A DNA stretch of 63,418 nucleotides, the filler included, from Reticulomyxa filosa (lineage: Eukaryota > Protista > Foraminifera), in the NCBI GenBank assembly GCA_000512085.1. It is 22 parts of 22 records of this genome, joined end to end, with 100 filler letters (N's around TTAATTAATTAA, not from the genome) between each part and the next. Parts side by side here need not be neighbours in the genome. Positions count along the whole stretch, not along the records: positions 1 to 5,976 come from ASPP01009477.1; positions 6,077 to 10,896 come from ASPP01022543.1; positions 10,997 to 13,459 come from ASPP01025267.1; positions 13,560 to 16,289 come from ASPP01010307.1; 18 more parts are not named here. One strand, given 5' to 3'. This document shows positions 1 to 13,651 of this stretch, in pieces. Below the pieces are notes generated by a model that did not search any database, was not told the origin of the DNA, and saw only the letters and a list, made by a program, of their open reading frames with translations. The translations under genes and the position numbers were made by a program. How positions within the stretch are numbered: position 1 is the first letter of the stretch; the number at the start of each line of letters is the position of its first letter.

Positions 1-28
1 AAAAAAAAAAAAAAAAAATCAATAGCTG

Positions 29-338
29 TTGGTATACAAACTATTTCAAACAGAAGCAGAAGCAAGTGCAACTACGTTGTTGTCAGTGCCAACAGACACC
101 GAAAACAAACAAAACACACTCGAGACCAAACCACAACTACTGTTGCGTACGCGAAGAAAAGGAGTAGTTTTGTCCATCTCATGGAGTAATGATGGGAGAT
201 ATTTTGCCTTGGCCAGTGATGACCGAACAGTCCAGTTGTGGAGAGTGTCCCCTAACAATGGTATTGACTCTTTTTTGTTACGTACATGCGTACTATTTTT
301 TTTTGGGATTATGATGATTCAAATATATGTACATATAC

Positions 339-370
<32 letters not shown>

Positions 371-1861
371 ATTCATACGTGTATGTGGTTTTTATTTTTT
401 TTTTGTTTGAAGAAATTCGGAATGTATTTACATCGCAAGGACATCAAGAACGCGTATTGCGAACGTGGATATCGGAAAATGGCAGCCACGTGGCGTCGAC
501 GAGCGAGGATTCGACATGCCGCGTTTGGAGTTCGGATGGACATTTGTTGGATGTGTTTGATTTTCGGAGTGGATCCATATTGTCGTTGGATGGAGTGTAC
601 AAGACGACAGCGACAACGACAATGACGGGAGCGGAACAAGGCGTGGGCGGAATGTACCATTGTGCATTGGGAGGTGCGGACGGGTCGATACGTTTGCATT
701 ATGTGTTGAAGGTGTCGTCCAATGTGTTTGCGCCGACGTCGGTGATGGCAACACCTTTTTACGCAATGGCAATGGCAATGGCAATGACAGCAACGGTGAC
801 AAAGCGACAACACAACAACAACAACAACAACAACAACGACAACGACGACGAATAAAAAAATGGCATCCAATTCTATGGATTCACATGATGCGTTTTACCA
901 TCTCATGTTACCGCCCAAGTTGTTTGCGTTGCATCGCAATGACTACGATATGGACATAGACGATGTAGATGAACACGACGACGACGACATCGACAACGTG
1001 GATATGAATGCAGATGCAAACGCAAATGTAGATGCGATGAATACAACGGATGAACATCTTCATCGTCGTCGAGATAGTCTCGTCGACAATGGCAAGGAAA
1101 GTAGACCCACCTCCACTCCTGGCAGTCGACGCACTTCCATTGGCTTTTCGACCATTCGCTGCATGACGCTTGACTCGAAGCAGCGCTTGTACATTGCCAC
1201 CAAAGATGGCATTTTCCGGGCGTCCAACCTGGCCAAGGGCAGCGTTCCTGAATGGAAGAGACTTGTTTCGCTGACGCATACAAAGCCTTTACGGGACGTC
1301 ACTTGCATGACCTTCCCGGTGGCTACTACGTATCTGTACGACACTCGACCACATGATCGTCATGCTGTCGCAAACAAAACATTCCCTACAATCATACCTA
1401 TCCCCTTACAAGGAGAAGGAGAAGAACGCTGGCTAATTCTTGGCACGCGCAAGGGACACTTTGCTATTGTCGATATTGACTCCAGCCAAATCGTTTTAAG
1501 CGTCCGGGCACATGATGTCGCCATTGTTGCATTGACTACTTGCTTTGCCCAAAATACACCTGTCATTCATACCACAAACTGTACTTTCTATTCTCTCTCT
1601 ATCTCTCTCTCTCTTAAAATAAAACTTTTTTTGTACATGCAAATTTGCAAATTGTATATATGTATATGTATATATGCATGCGTTGTGTGTTGTGAAAAAA
1701 AGCTAAGACTAAAAGATTCATGGACGAATAAGAAGAATATTCCACCAACACAGTGCGACTTTATGGACGCAGGTACAAAACTGCTGCTGTTTTCATCCGA
1801 CGTCCTTGGCAACACGATGTTGTGGTGTTTGAACTTGGATTATTTGAATTGGGAGACGGCC

Positions 1862-1896
<35 letters not shown>

Positions 1897-4800
1897 CACA
1901 AAGTCAAAGAGTATAAAAACGACGGAGTCGATGAAGCAGGTGTTGCAGCCAAGTGAGGAAAAAAAAGAAGAAACAGAAAAAAAAGAGACAACAAATGTTG
2001 GAATGAAAAGATATGAGAATTTGGTCTTGCAACCCAATGCAGTGTTTGTTAACCCATTGAAAAAACAGATTGCCAGTCACTGCTATGTGACCCATCCCAA
2101 GCATATTCTGTTGGTCGGAGATGCAAGGGGATCCATTTGCATTTACTCTATGAACTCGTTGCAAAATCGGAACATACACAAACCGATTCAAGTTTGGCGT
2201 GTATTTTGTTTTGTTTTGTTTTGTTTGGCTGTAAGTTGTGTGTTTTCTAAATGTCATCAGCACTTACTCCAAAAAAAAAAACAGGTATTGAAGTATGTGC
2301 ATGATCGTGAGGCTGTGAGTTGCATTAAAGTAATGCGTCACTCGAATGGCAAAGGAAAAGACTTGGAAAATGACATCAACACATGTCGAATCTTATCGTC
2401 CGGGAAAGATGGGAAAATTGTGGAGTACCACTTGATTGCAGACAAGTTGGGTGTTGCAACCCACGTTGAGACGGAGGTCTCTGTCATTAGCGATTCTCCG
2501 CACAGACAAATTGACGTGAATAATAGCCCTATCAATGATAACACCAGTAATACCAATATCAATACTAATTCAAAGACATTTCGGATGCAATTGGATCCAT
2601 TCGTTGTCGCAGATGACGTCGACACACTCGCAAGCACGCCCAAAGACTCGAATCATACCATTGTCATTGAACCCATCCGCAAACACACAGCGGTCACCGT
2701 GACTCAGATTGCAGACATTGTCGTCAATGAGCAAAATGAAGTTTGTTTGTTTGTTTGTTTTCCGCTATCTCTTTCTCTCTTCTGTCTTTTATTTATTTAT
2801 TTATTATTATCATAAACTTATCTGAGGAGGAAGGGGAAGGAGTTGGCTACAACCGATCAACAAACAAAACATATAGGTGATCGTCACAGGGTTTCATGCC
2901 ACATATTTCGTAGTTTGGAACGTGGATCAAGACTACGTCATCTTCCGTTGGAATTGCGGCGGGGGAAGACGTCCCTATGCCTTTGAGTTCGTATCGCCCT
3001 CTCCCGCTCCCGCTGCAGCAATGACGCATCACGTCCAACACGGTCACTCGAGATTGCCACACTTACATGGATGGCTGTTCGCGTATACCAATGCCAATAT
3101 CCACAACGCCATTGGCATTTATCAACTGACCTTGCCACCTAATTTCGCAGTTTTGCGTTTTTTTTTTTTTTTTTTTTTGTCTTTCCTCAAAAAAAAAATA
3201 TAAACTTTTGGAAAGGGTCAAACTGAACATATATGAAATAAACCACAAACAGCTTGGCAGTGTAGTTCGGTCGTATCATCCAACAGACATTCACCAAGTC
3301 CATTGGATGCTGTCTCCTCATTACTTCCAATGCGACGACATGAAATTGCCACCAACAACGACACACATGCTTCTTCATTCCGACGAAGCTGCATCTGGCC
3401 ACACCAAAAGTAGCCAAGACACTGTATCTTTGTCGCTGCGCAATGACGAAACATCAATGCTCACCGCCTTAACGCATCCCCCTATTTTGCAACGCATGCT
3501 ATTGGCCAGTTGTGGCGAAGACGGACTTGTTCAGCTGCTCTCTCTTCGGGACGCTCGCAAAAGTGGAATTTCACAACACCATTTACTGGCTTCTCATTCC
3601 GTGCCTCCCTCTCAGAACATATCATCCCGAGGAACCAATTCAGAACCAGAACTGAACCAGAACCTAGAAGAACTGGTCAACAAAGATATTAAAGAGATTT
3701 ATAAGAAAGAAACAGTAGATTCCAATATCAATACCAACCAAACTGAACATTGGACGGACTGGAAAGAAATGCAATATGGAAAACCATTTCATCATTTATC
3801 AGACTCTGTCGATGACAACCTTCGCTATGGTGATGATCTCCGACTGTTGAGTGAAGGAACCTTGCAGCAGCCCGGAGGAGGCCATTTCCCATTCAAATGC
3901 TTTGATATTGTCAAGAGGCACGATGGTCAGTTTTTACATACGTATATACATTTACACGTATATAATCTTCAATCTATGTCGACGAATATCTTGCAATAAA
4001 AATTTTTTTTAAAAAAAAATTGTGTACATATACAAATAATGCAGGTAAAGGTTATTTGCTTTTTGCTGCTGGTGCAAAGGAATTTTTGCAAGCATTTGAA
4101 ATCACTCCGTCGCGTAATGGCGACTATCAAGACACGGATTGGAAGGCATTGTGCTTCACAGGCGGAGATAAAATACCGAACAAACGGGGGCAAAAGCAAT
4201 GGCTAAAGTCGAATGTGGAATCGCCTTCTGCGTTCAGCGATGACTGGCAAGATCCGTTCAAAACGATGGATTTAAGGATCAAAAGTATTGTTGTTGTTCC
4301 CAGTCCGAGTTGAGTTGAACAATTGAAAGAGAAATAAGGGAGAAAAAAAAAATTACTTATTATATACATAATATTGCGATGTTTGTTTTGGGCAAGCAGA
4401 GTTTGAAGGAAAATGGCTAGTGATAACTGGTAATTCGATTGGAGTCATTCGTGCATATACGTTGGATGAAGAAAAGCCAGACGAGTTTCAATTTGAAGGA
4501 GAGGATTCTGCTTTGCACCACGAATCAAATCATGGCATTCCAATATTGTCATTGGCGTCGACCTATTCGTGTATCGGGAGATATTATTTCCCTGACATTG
4601 AATCCGTTTTATCCAACAATAATGAACATCAATACTCCAGTGAAGAGGTAGAGATTGCCAAACTGATGCAACACTTCATTACCAACTTTGGTCGAACACC
4701 GAAAAAGACAAAACACATACAATTGAGCACTACGTCTGTTTCTACTGATAGTGGCAACAGTAGCATTAGTAGTACTACTATTACTAGTACTCGACATAAT

Positions 4801-5976
4801 GATAGCGTACGTATACGTAGTCAAACATCAACGATAAGCCAAAGATCAAGTGCTATTGCAAAAGTGTCGACACAACGATCTTTTCACAGCTTAGAGTATA
4901 AGAGTGAAAAAGAAGAATTTGCTCCTTCTTCTATGTCTGACTCTCGTATTATTCCCAACTATCAAGATTTGCCGCCTCATCTCATTTTTAGTGGCAGTAT
5001 AAATGGGTGCATTCACATTTGGTTTTGGGATGTTGATACACATTCTCTTCAATTGCTTGAAAAGTTCAAAACACATTTGTCCGGTGTCAACACTATCTCC
5101 GTGTCATGGTTAGACCCTACCTTTGTTTCAACTCACAAGCAAAACAGTGCGAAACAAAATGACCCTCTGGGAAAAGGTTTGAAATCAAAACACTTTTTTT
5201 TATTTAATTTTTTTTTGCAATAGTTTGTTTTTTTTTTAAACAAAAACATGACTTATACTACAATACAAATTTTTTTCATTTGTTTTGTTTGTTTGAAATA
5301 ATTAGAAGAATCAATGGTAAAACGAAGATTTGTGTTTGCTTCTGGTGGTGACGATCAATCAGTTGGTGTTGTTATTGCGGACTTCAAATCTACACTGACC
5401 GCGTCGATTGCAGCGAGACGTCACCGGCAAATGACGTCAATAAACATTATCGGAACAGAGCATAGCACAACCTCGAAAACAATGATAATTGGATGGACAG
5501 TTGAATTGATCAAAGAGGCAACTATTGTGAGTGCTCATTTAAGCAGTGTTCGTGGTATTTGTGTCCTCCCCATCCCATTCTTGTTTCATTCGCACACTTA
5601 TCAACATCTTGCTCAATCTCACCAGATCGATCAAGGTGACAAATCCAGTCAAGTTCGTATTAGATCATTATGTGATGTAACGATGGAAAAAATACTCATC
5701 TTTACCACCGGAGAAGATCAAAGGGTTCGTGTTTGGAACCTTCCATTCCTTTCTACAAAACTGTCTTTGGTTGCGGATCAATCCCAAAAGTTAAGAAAAA
5801 TATACGTATATATGTATATTGTCAAATAAAATTAAAAAAAAAAAAATGAAATGAAATAAAAGTGATGAAATTGAATTGATTGCACAATGCTATGTGGATG
5901 TTGGCTTGATATCTTCTCTCTCCGCAACGTATGTTCATGATTATGGTGTACTTATTGCTGTCGCTGGACAAGGAAC
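29..5976 (+). CDS. WDR6: WD40-repeat protein, WDR6/Trm734-like (tRNA 2'-O-methyltransferase regulator); multi-exon, partial
   Basis: Successive exon ORFs carry WD motifs (ASDDRTVQLW, GHQERV..STSEDSTCRVW, ASCGEDGLVQL) and WDR6-like motifs WNCGGGRRP, HLSGVNTI, ASGGDDQSV, AHLSSVRGI and DQRVRVW. Exons are separated by AT-rich GT-AG introns. Confidence 0.8.
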
Positions 5977-6076
5977 NNNNNNNNNNNNNNNNNNNNNNNN
6001 NNNNNNNNNNNNNNNNNNNNTTAATTAATTAANNNNNNNNNNNNNNNNNNNNNNNNNNNNNNNNNNNNNNNNNNNN
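5977..6076. other. Artificial contig linker (N44-TTAATTAATTAA-N44), first of 21
   Basis: The identical 100-nt spacer carries stops in all six frames. It starts at 5977, 10897, 13460, 16290, 18273, 20043, 21856, 24169, 25721, 28839, 31074, 37764, 38938, 41289, 46554, 48883, 50280, 52067, 57782, 59306 and 61869. Adjacency across a linker has no biological meaning. Confidence 0.98.
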
Positions 6077-6657
6077 TTTGCTACTAACTATCCGTTTTTT
6101 TTTTTTTGTTTCGTTTGTTTGATTTTTTGCTTTTCCCTCCAACTCTCCCCCCCCCCTTTTTTTTTACGGGTATGTTCGCTACTATTGGTGCTAGAAAAGG
6201 GAACACAAGAAAGAAAAAACGCACAAAACTGAAAATTCATTATACGGCTTTGAGCACCGTTTCACTAACCATTGACATTTCGAAAAGGGCGAGGCAGTCT
6301 GGACAGGGCGAGCACGCTTGCCGGGCATGGATTTGACAAGATTATTCGCCTTCGAAGTTCAGAGGGAAAGAGAAAAAAAAGAAAACAGCGCATTCTTAGG
6401 CGAATGAACGAAGTTTTTTTGAATAAAAATATTGCATTCAATTCGAACGGTTGAATTATATTGTTGAATTTTCATTTGTTTATGGTGCGAAATACCTTTA
6501 ATTTAAAAGACAAAATATTTTTTTTATGCATTGAATTGCAAATCGTCAAGAAAGACAAAAAAGCTATGATAAGACGTATAACAATTGATTTGTGCATGTT
6601 CGTCAGCATGAACGTTGTGTTTTCTTTTAAAAATATAAAGATAATAACAAAAAAAGC

Positions 6658-8226
6658 TTATGATTTAAGGCAAATAAAAAGTGCAAGCACAAGTAGAACG
6701 CCGATGAGAAAATACAAAAAGTATTTGACGGAGTAGTATTTGAGAGCATTGGGAGGAGTAACAAGTTTGTTATCAATGACGCTTTGAGCAGCCTCTAACA
6801 ACGTTTGATGAACAGGCAGGTATATCATTCCCAAGTCTCGTTTGGATGGTGTTGTCTCCACAAATCTTGCCACGTCACAAATCGGAGCAACAAAATCACG
6901 CACTAATGGATCAACTTTGCTAATCAAATCAACAAGAAATGTTGGGCAATGCAAGGTTGGAACTGGATAGGTATTTCCATATTTACTCTCCAACAACTTA
7001 TTTATGTGTGTATTTTTTCCAAACAAACATTCGCATATATATATATATTTTTTTTCTTCATGTATCGCAGGTTACAATGACACACTAGTACACACATACA
7101 AAAAAAAAAAAAAATAGAAAGAGCATTAAGATCGTATACGTAACTTTGGCAATGTCATCAAAATAGACAGACTCACCCGACAACAAATATCGTTTTGCAT
7201 TTGCTTTTGGACTCGTTAAGGCCAAGGTAATGGCCAATGCAACATCTCGAACATCAACAATGGAAAAGAGTACTTTGGGGATAAAAGGGTAGTCCCCTGA
7301 TAACAATGCTTTGATCATTGTCATACTGTCTGAAAGACGACCATTTAAAATGGGACCAATCACTAATGTCGGATGTACACACACGAGTTCAAATGATGGT
7401 TTGTTCTCTTTCACAAACGCCCAGGCGGTCTCTTCCGCAAGTGTTTTGGATTTTATGTAAGGAGGAACCTAGAAACGTTCCAATAAAAAAAAAAAAAAAG
7501 TACAATTTTTTTTTTTTTTTTATATACGTACATAGCAAAAATTTTCTCCCCTCTTTTGTCATCTCCCCCCCCCCCATTACTGCCACGTAACACATAACGT
7601 GACAACGACCATCAACAGGGGTCCAATCATTCCCTGAAGATATCACCACTTTTGGTCTCTTTATCGCAATTTGGTCCCACAGCTCCCAATTCATTGCGCC
7701 TATGCTACTCAAGTAGACCACACGTTTGAGAGATTTTCCGTGGGACTTGCATGCTTTCATTACTCGTAACATACCCTCTGTTGCTGGTTTGATAAAGTCG
7801 TCATCTGTCTGTGGGGATTTGTTGTCAGGGCCTTTTGAATCAGGCATTGGATTTGCTATTCAATAATTATTCAGGCCCTTGTATACATTCTTTTTTCTTT
7901 GCTCAAAAAAAAAAAAAAAAGATACCAGTGTGCACAACATATTGACATCCTTCAATGGCCTCTGCCCAGTTTTTGTCAGATGTCAAATCACATTCAACCA
8001 ACTCAAATGTGAGCTCTGGTTGACTCTCTTGTGATCTCTCCGTGTTTATTTGTGATAACACGTCAAACAAGTACTGATACGCTTTCGGCTTCGCTGAGCG
8101 AACACTTCCTCTGACATTATAGCCATGCTCTAACAAAGTTTTGACAATATGACCACCAATGAAACCTGACACCCCGCTTACAAATACTAATGGTTGAGAT
8201 TTACTATTCGAATGACCTCTTTTCAT
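6658..8226 (-). CDS. NAD(P)-dependent epimerase/dehydratase (dihydroflavonol/cinnamoyl-CoA reductase-like extended SDR); 4 exons, C-terminal hydrophobic helix
   Basis: VSGVSGFIGGHIV Rossmann motif, GCQYVVHT, KRVVYLSS, catalytic YIKSK (spliced exon near 7460), HPTLVIGP and VDVRDVA. Confidence 0.9.
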
Positions 8227-8545
8227 TTTAAATACTTTTTCCCTTTCACTTTCGTAACAAAAGAACTAGTGGATTATGTATAAAAAAACAAGTAAATCTC
8301 AATATAGTTATGATCATCCCAAATTTTAGTATTACATGAATTTTTTAATTACATTTTAAAACTTGATGTTTAAGAAATCACTATATTATAGGTTAAATTT
8401 TTGTTTCGTCTTCCAAAATTTATAAAATTGTCAAAAGTGTGTGTTTATCTATACCTACTAAACGTGCAAATCTTTCATAAGAGAAGATAATATTTCCGAT
8501 AAGTAATACCTTTTTCAAGTAAGATTCATAAAAAAAAAGGAAGTA

Positions 8546-9855
8546 ATGATGCTGAAATGGGAAAAGAATATGTTTAGTAATTGGAATTTTTGTCGGCAAA
8601 GGTTAATGATATGTTCTCGTTGCACAAGACTTTGGAAACAAGTAGGAGAAAAGTTATCAGTGCTGATAAACATTTTTCTGGCAAGTATGGTAAGAGCATT
8701 AAATCCATGTTTAGCAATAGCTCCGCTTTTTTTAATAGGGATTGTAGTAGTGGAGTATTTCAAGTACATTTATCCCGATTTATTACAAGAGTATGGATCT
8801 CATGCAATTGTGAATGGGATAACAGGAGTAGGAATCTGGTTATTAATCAATATACTCTTTAATCATCAAAGTTGTATGTGGACCTCTCCAGGCTACGTAC
8901 CCACAAACAAAATGGAGTATCCACTAGAGTGTCGAAATTTGCCAATTGAATATTATAAACATGATCCAGAAATGAAAACTCAGGAAACAGTTCGTTATTG
9001 TCCTGAATGCAAAAATGAAAAGCCTTGGCGAGCACATCATTGCAGTATCTGTAAAAGGTGAGTATAAAAAAAAAAAGAATGATAATACATTCCTTTTCTT
9101 TGAAAATGATTTCCAATAAATTTCCTTTTAATAGATGTATCTTGCGTATGGATCATCATTGTCCATGGATGTGGAACTGTATTGGATTTCGAAACTATCG
9201 CTATTTTTATATGTTTATATTCTATTTGTGCATTGGGACTATGTTTTTTGTATATTTTGGTTATCATCGCATATCCCAGATGTATAAAAATTCACGCTGC
9301 TTTTTCAATTTTTTTTCAGGAATTTTTTGTTATTTCGAAAGACAGAAAATTCTTGAAACACGTTTATTTGTCTTGCACATGTTTTTTCAACGTTACAAAA
9401 CATCTGCAACTTTTATCTCAAATGAAAAAGATTATAATAATGATGATGATAATCTATTTATTTTTGCTTATTTTTTGTGTCTTGGAATTCATATAATTAT
9501 GGTCAGTTTTTTGGGATGGCATTCTTTTTTAGTGGCTACAAATCAAACCAATTTGGAGTCATTTCGAAACAGAGATTCCGAGACGAGACGACTTCGTAGA
9601 TTTCAGAGATTACGTGATTTTAAGTATGTATATGATTTAGGAAGTATTCGTCTCAATTTCCAACAGATCTTTGGTGAAAATTACTATTTGCCTTTGTTAC
9701 CAGTGCGAAGTTTACCTGCAGGAAATGGTTTCATTTTTCCTTTACGAAATGATATTCATCAAATTGTCTTTTGCAATACTGGATCTGATATTGAGTGCAA
9801 TTACAGTATTAATATTCAATCAGATAATCATATGTACCTTACAAAGACTGGCTGA
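8546..9855 (+). CDS. DHHC-type palmitoyltransferase (ZDHHC16-like)
   Basis: CPECKNEKPWRAHHCSICKR | intron ~9058-9135 | CILRMDHHCPWMWNCIGFRNYRYF, plus TM helices and NQTNLE/YDLG motifs. Confidence 0.93.
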
Positions 9856-12800
9856 ACTCTTTTTTGTGTTTCACTGCTTATCAATATTTGTTATCTTTTT
9901 TATATAAATTTGGAAATTGCCAACAATTTTTTCTCTCTATCGACACTTGCATTTTTTTTATATTGCCACCACCATCATTAAAAAAAAAAAGAAAGTAAAG
10001 TTTCTCCAACACAAATTTATAACAATTCAACTAAACACTTATATGCAAATGACTATACACAAGAACAGCAAATGATAATATCGTTAACAGCAATTCCATT
10101 TAAAGTTCTTTTCGTCCAAGTTTGAATAAGATGAAACAGTTATTTTTACCAAAAATAAATTGACATTACATAATTCTGAAATGTACCATTGAAATGAGTT
10201 TATTAATGAAGTAACGCTTGTCCGGTGCAGATTACATAATGTTCTAATGGTCCAGGCGATCATTGGAGCATGTACTTGTGGAAGTGAAATACCACCCACT
10301 TCGGGTAGGAAGCGGGTAGTAAGCGAGTGTAGCGGCTCGCCAAGCGTATTTCATCAAAAATTATAATTTCTGCAACAACAATTGCAAAATGTTACGAAGA
10401 AATTCATGTGTGTATTATATACATTTTAATATTTAAATTTTACATCATTCAAAAAGCCATTTTATTCATTGAAATAACATTTAGGATTTTGTAAAAGTAA
10501 TGCAATTACTGCAATACCACAATGTCTTTTAGACTTTTCTGGTGTCCATCCATTAAAAAAAAGTTATTTTAATGTTGCCTCTAAATAGGCAAAGAGTACC
10601 GTGTATGTGCACAACTACAAAAACATTTTGAAGCCAAAAGCGGTAACCTCCTGTGGGAAATGATTGGTAAGCACCAGGAGGCGGTACTGTGTCAGACATT
10701 GTAACCACTGACATTCAAACAAAGAAAAGAGTATTGATAAAATGTTGCAAAAGGGAAAAACCTTTTTCACAAATAACTTCAAAAATATACAATGTTTTTA
10801 TCTATAATTTTAGTTTTGTTTTTAAAAATTGTTATTGTTTTTCGCTTAACAAAAAAAAAAAAGCAAAGGTTAATGACTCCATTTAACATTAACACTNNNN
10901 NNNNNNNNNNNNNNNNNNNNNNNNNNNNNNNNNNNNNNNNTTAATTAATTAANNNNNNNNNNNNNNNNNNNNNNNNNNNNNNNNNNNNNNNNNNNNAAGT
11001 TTTTTTACTGAGCAAATGTGCTATTTTTTATTTATAATTTTTTTTGAAGATTTATTTGGAAATGATTTGTTTTAGAATTGTATCGAGTACGTGTTTATAT
11101 TTGCAACTAATTTAACTTTTTTTTGTTGTTGTTTTTGTTTTGGAAATAAAATTATCATTTTTGAACAAAGGCAAATTTACTATCATTACTTAATGTTTGC
11201 AACATTTTTTTTTTGGCAGTCTTAACTTACAAGCTCTTTACGATTGACCAAGTTCTTGATAATTTGCTCCATGGTTGCTCATTCATTTGAATATTTTGTC
11301 AACTAAATGTTATGTTTTTCGTTAGTTAGAAACCAAAGAATATAACAGATAAAAAGAAGTAACTAAACTTTTGAAGAGACTTTTCTCATTCTATTTTTTG
11401 TTTGTGTGTTCAATAAAAAGTATATTACAATAATGCTAAAATCATTTAAATTGCAACTTCGCAAAAAGGAATCATTAAAAAAGAATTGGTAAACTGAGAA
11501 ATTAATGTCTAAAGTAAATTGACAAATATAATGAAATACATATTACTTGCAATATAATTGTCAATCAACAACCCTTTGATTGGAGAAATAGTGTGTATTT
11601 TTTTTAAAAAAACGATTTGCGGAGTCAGAACTTCTGCCAAACGTATCACTTATTATAGTAGCGATTGCTTTACATGGTCAAAATTATTATAATTTGTGTA
11701 GAAAGCATGCTAATTCTTTTTGTCTAAGATAAAAATGTGTTTTGTATCATGCATTTGTTTGTATTCTCATCACATTTTTACAATAAAAAAAGTTAACTGT
11801 TAATACTTGTTTATTGACGTCCTAACAAAAAGAAAATTATATTGATAACGTCTTTGAACAATTTTCAACTACTTTCGTGCAAGTTACTTGTCTGGCAACA
11901 TGTGAATGAAAAAATTCTTTCACTGAACCTTGAAAAAAAACAAAACAAATATGCTAGATAAAAAAATTAAAAATCCGTAACTAGACCCTTTTTAAGAAAC
12001 TTTTCAACACATCATAATTTTATTTTTGTGTTTCTAAAAAGGTATTTCTATTTATTTTTGTTAAGTTTATAATTATTGAGTCATATTATCAAATCAAAAT
12101 TAGGTAAAACAATTAATTAAAACGTTGAGTTACAAGGGGGTAGCGTAGTTGCATTTTTTTTATTTTCGTATATGGAATGTTTGTCTTTTCACAACAAGTC
12201 ATAGAGCTTTGGTGGCTAGAGAATATTAAGAATCACTTCTCCTCAGATATATGCAAGTTTTGAGTTTTTGTTTTTGTTCAAACTTGACTGTCTGTTAACG
12301 TTATTTTATGTTGTGCTGGATATGATTGCGAGCCTGTATGTTTATGTTTGAAAACAAATGTTTGCTATTCTAATGAAAAATGAATAGAATAAGATTTACA
12401 ACTACTTCGAAGAATGGCAATAGCTCCAAGTCATTTGGATTATAACTTGCAAAAACAGATATCCTTGTTTTACAAAAAAAGATGGATCGGTGTGAGTTTT
12501 TAATAAGACGTCCATGTTATCCTCTCATAATGACACTAAAGTTTTCAACAATTCTGCAGTTTTAAGGAAAATAAGAAGCAATTTTGTAACAATATTTGCA
12601 CTTAGATCAATTTTGGACCAAAGCAAAAAGATAAATCAACTAGCAAACTGATATTTTTTCCAAGCAACAGGGCAATAATTTTTTTAATTTTTTATTTGCA
12701 ATTTGAGTATTCCATCAACAAACATCTAGACGGAAAAAAAAGGGAGCAGTGCAAAACAAAGACCAACAAACAAAATTGTGCGCCAATCAAAACAAATACA

Positions 12801-12948
12801 AATCCAACAAAAACAAAAACATAAATTTTTTTGTTTTTGGTTTGTTAGAAAAAGCTTTCGGTTCGATGCAATATTGAAGTTATCAACAAGACAAAAAAAA
12901 AACAACACAAACAAATAAAAGAGAATAGAAATAAAAAATAAAGAGTAG

Positions 12949-13435
12949 TTATTGATCAACGACAAAAATTTTGGATGGTGATAAGAAGTCATTCAACGCT
13001 TGTGACTCTCTAGCTTCGGGATGGTTTCGAAGAAGACAGTTTAAGTAGTCTGTAAGTTTTTGTTGTCGTTCCTGAATGACTTTGTTATCAGTGGACACCT
13101 TCAAGAGGCCTTTTCCAGGAAACTTTTCTTTTGCACTGACGCCCAATTTCCTCATCTTTGTTTTATTTGTTTACATTTGGACCTCTTTTTCTTTATAGCC
13201 AAGTCAAAAAAAAAAAAAAAAAAAGAAGTGATAAAAAAAAATCAACTTCGTCATGCAATTGATGAAATTCGGTGTATCGTTTGCTAAGAATCCACTCATT
13301 TTCTCCTTCCGTCACCCACACTTCGTACAGAGCAAATGGCCGTTTGTCAAACGGCTGCACAATCCTGGCCGACTCTACTTTTACATTGGTCTTTGCCGAG
13401 AGCTTTATAGTAGGCACTTCATACATGTGCGGCAT
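12949..13435 (-). CDS. PX (phox homology) domain protein; 2 exons visible, probably 5'-truncated
   Basis: FALYEVWV..EWILSKRYTEFHQLHDE | intron | ..FPGK..VIQERQQKLTDYL..LNDFL matches the PX consensus. Confidence 0.85.
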
Positions 13436-13651
13436 AAAAGGAGGCTTTTTTTTTTGATANNNNNNNNNNNNNNNNNNNNNNNNNNNNNNNNNNNNNNNNN
13501 NNNTTAATTAATTAANNNNNNNNNNNNNNNNNNNNNNNNNNNNNNNNNNNNNNNNNNNNAAAAAAAAAAAAAAAAAAAATCTATTATCTAATAAACTTTT
13601 TTTAAAAAAAAAAAAATAAATAAAAAAAGTGAATGATGTCGAATGTGTTAG

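Noticed and set aside
373-1344. Multiple overlapping antisense ORFs in the WDR6 gene
   Set aside because: They are products of trinucleotide and hexanucleotide microsatellites encoding poly-N/D/Q tracts.
10658-10682. SECIS-like ATGA..AA..GA
   Set aside because: The helix is far too short, and the upstream DHHC gene has no internal TGA.
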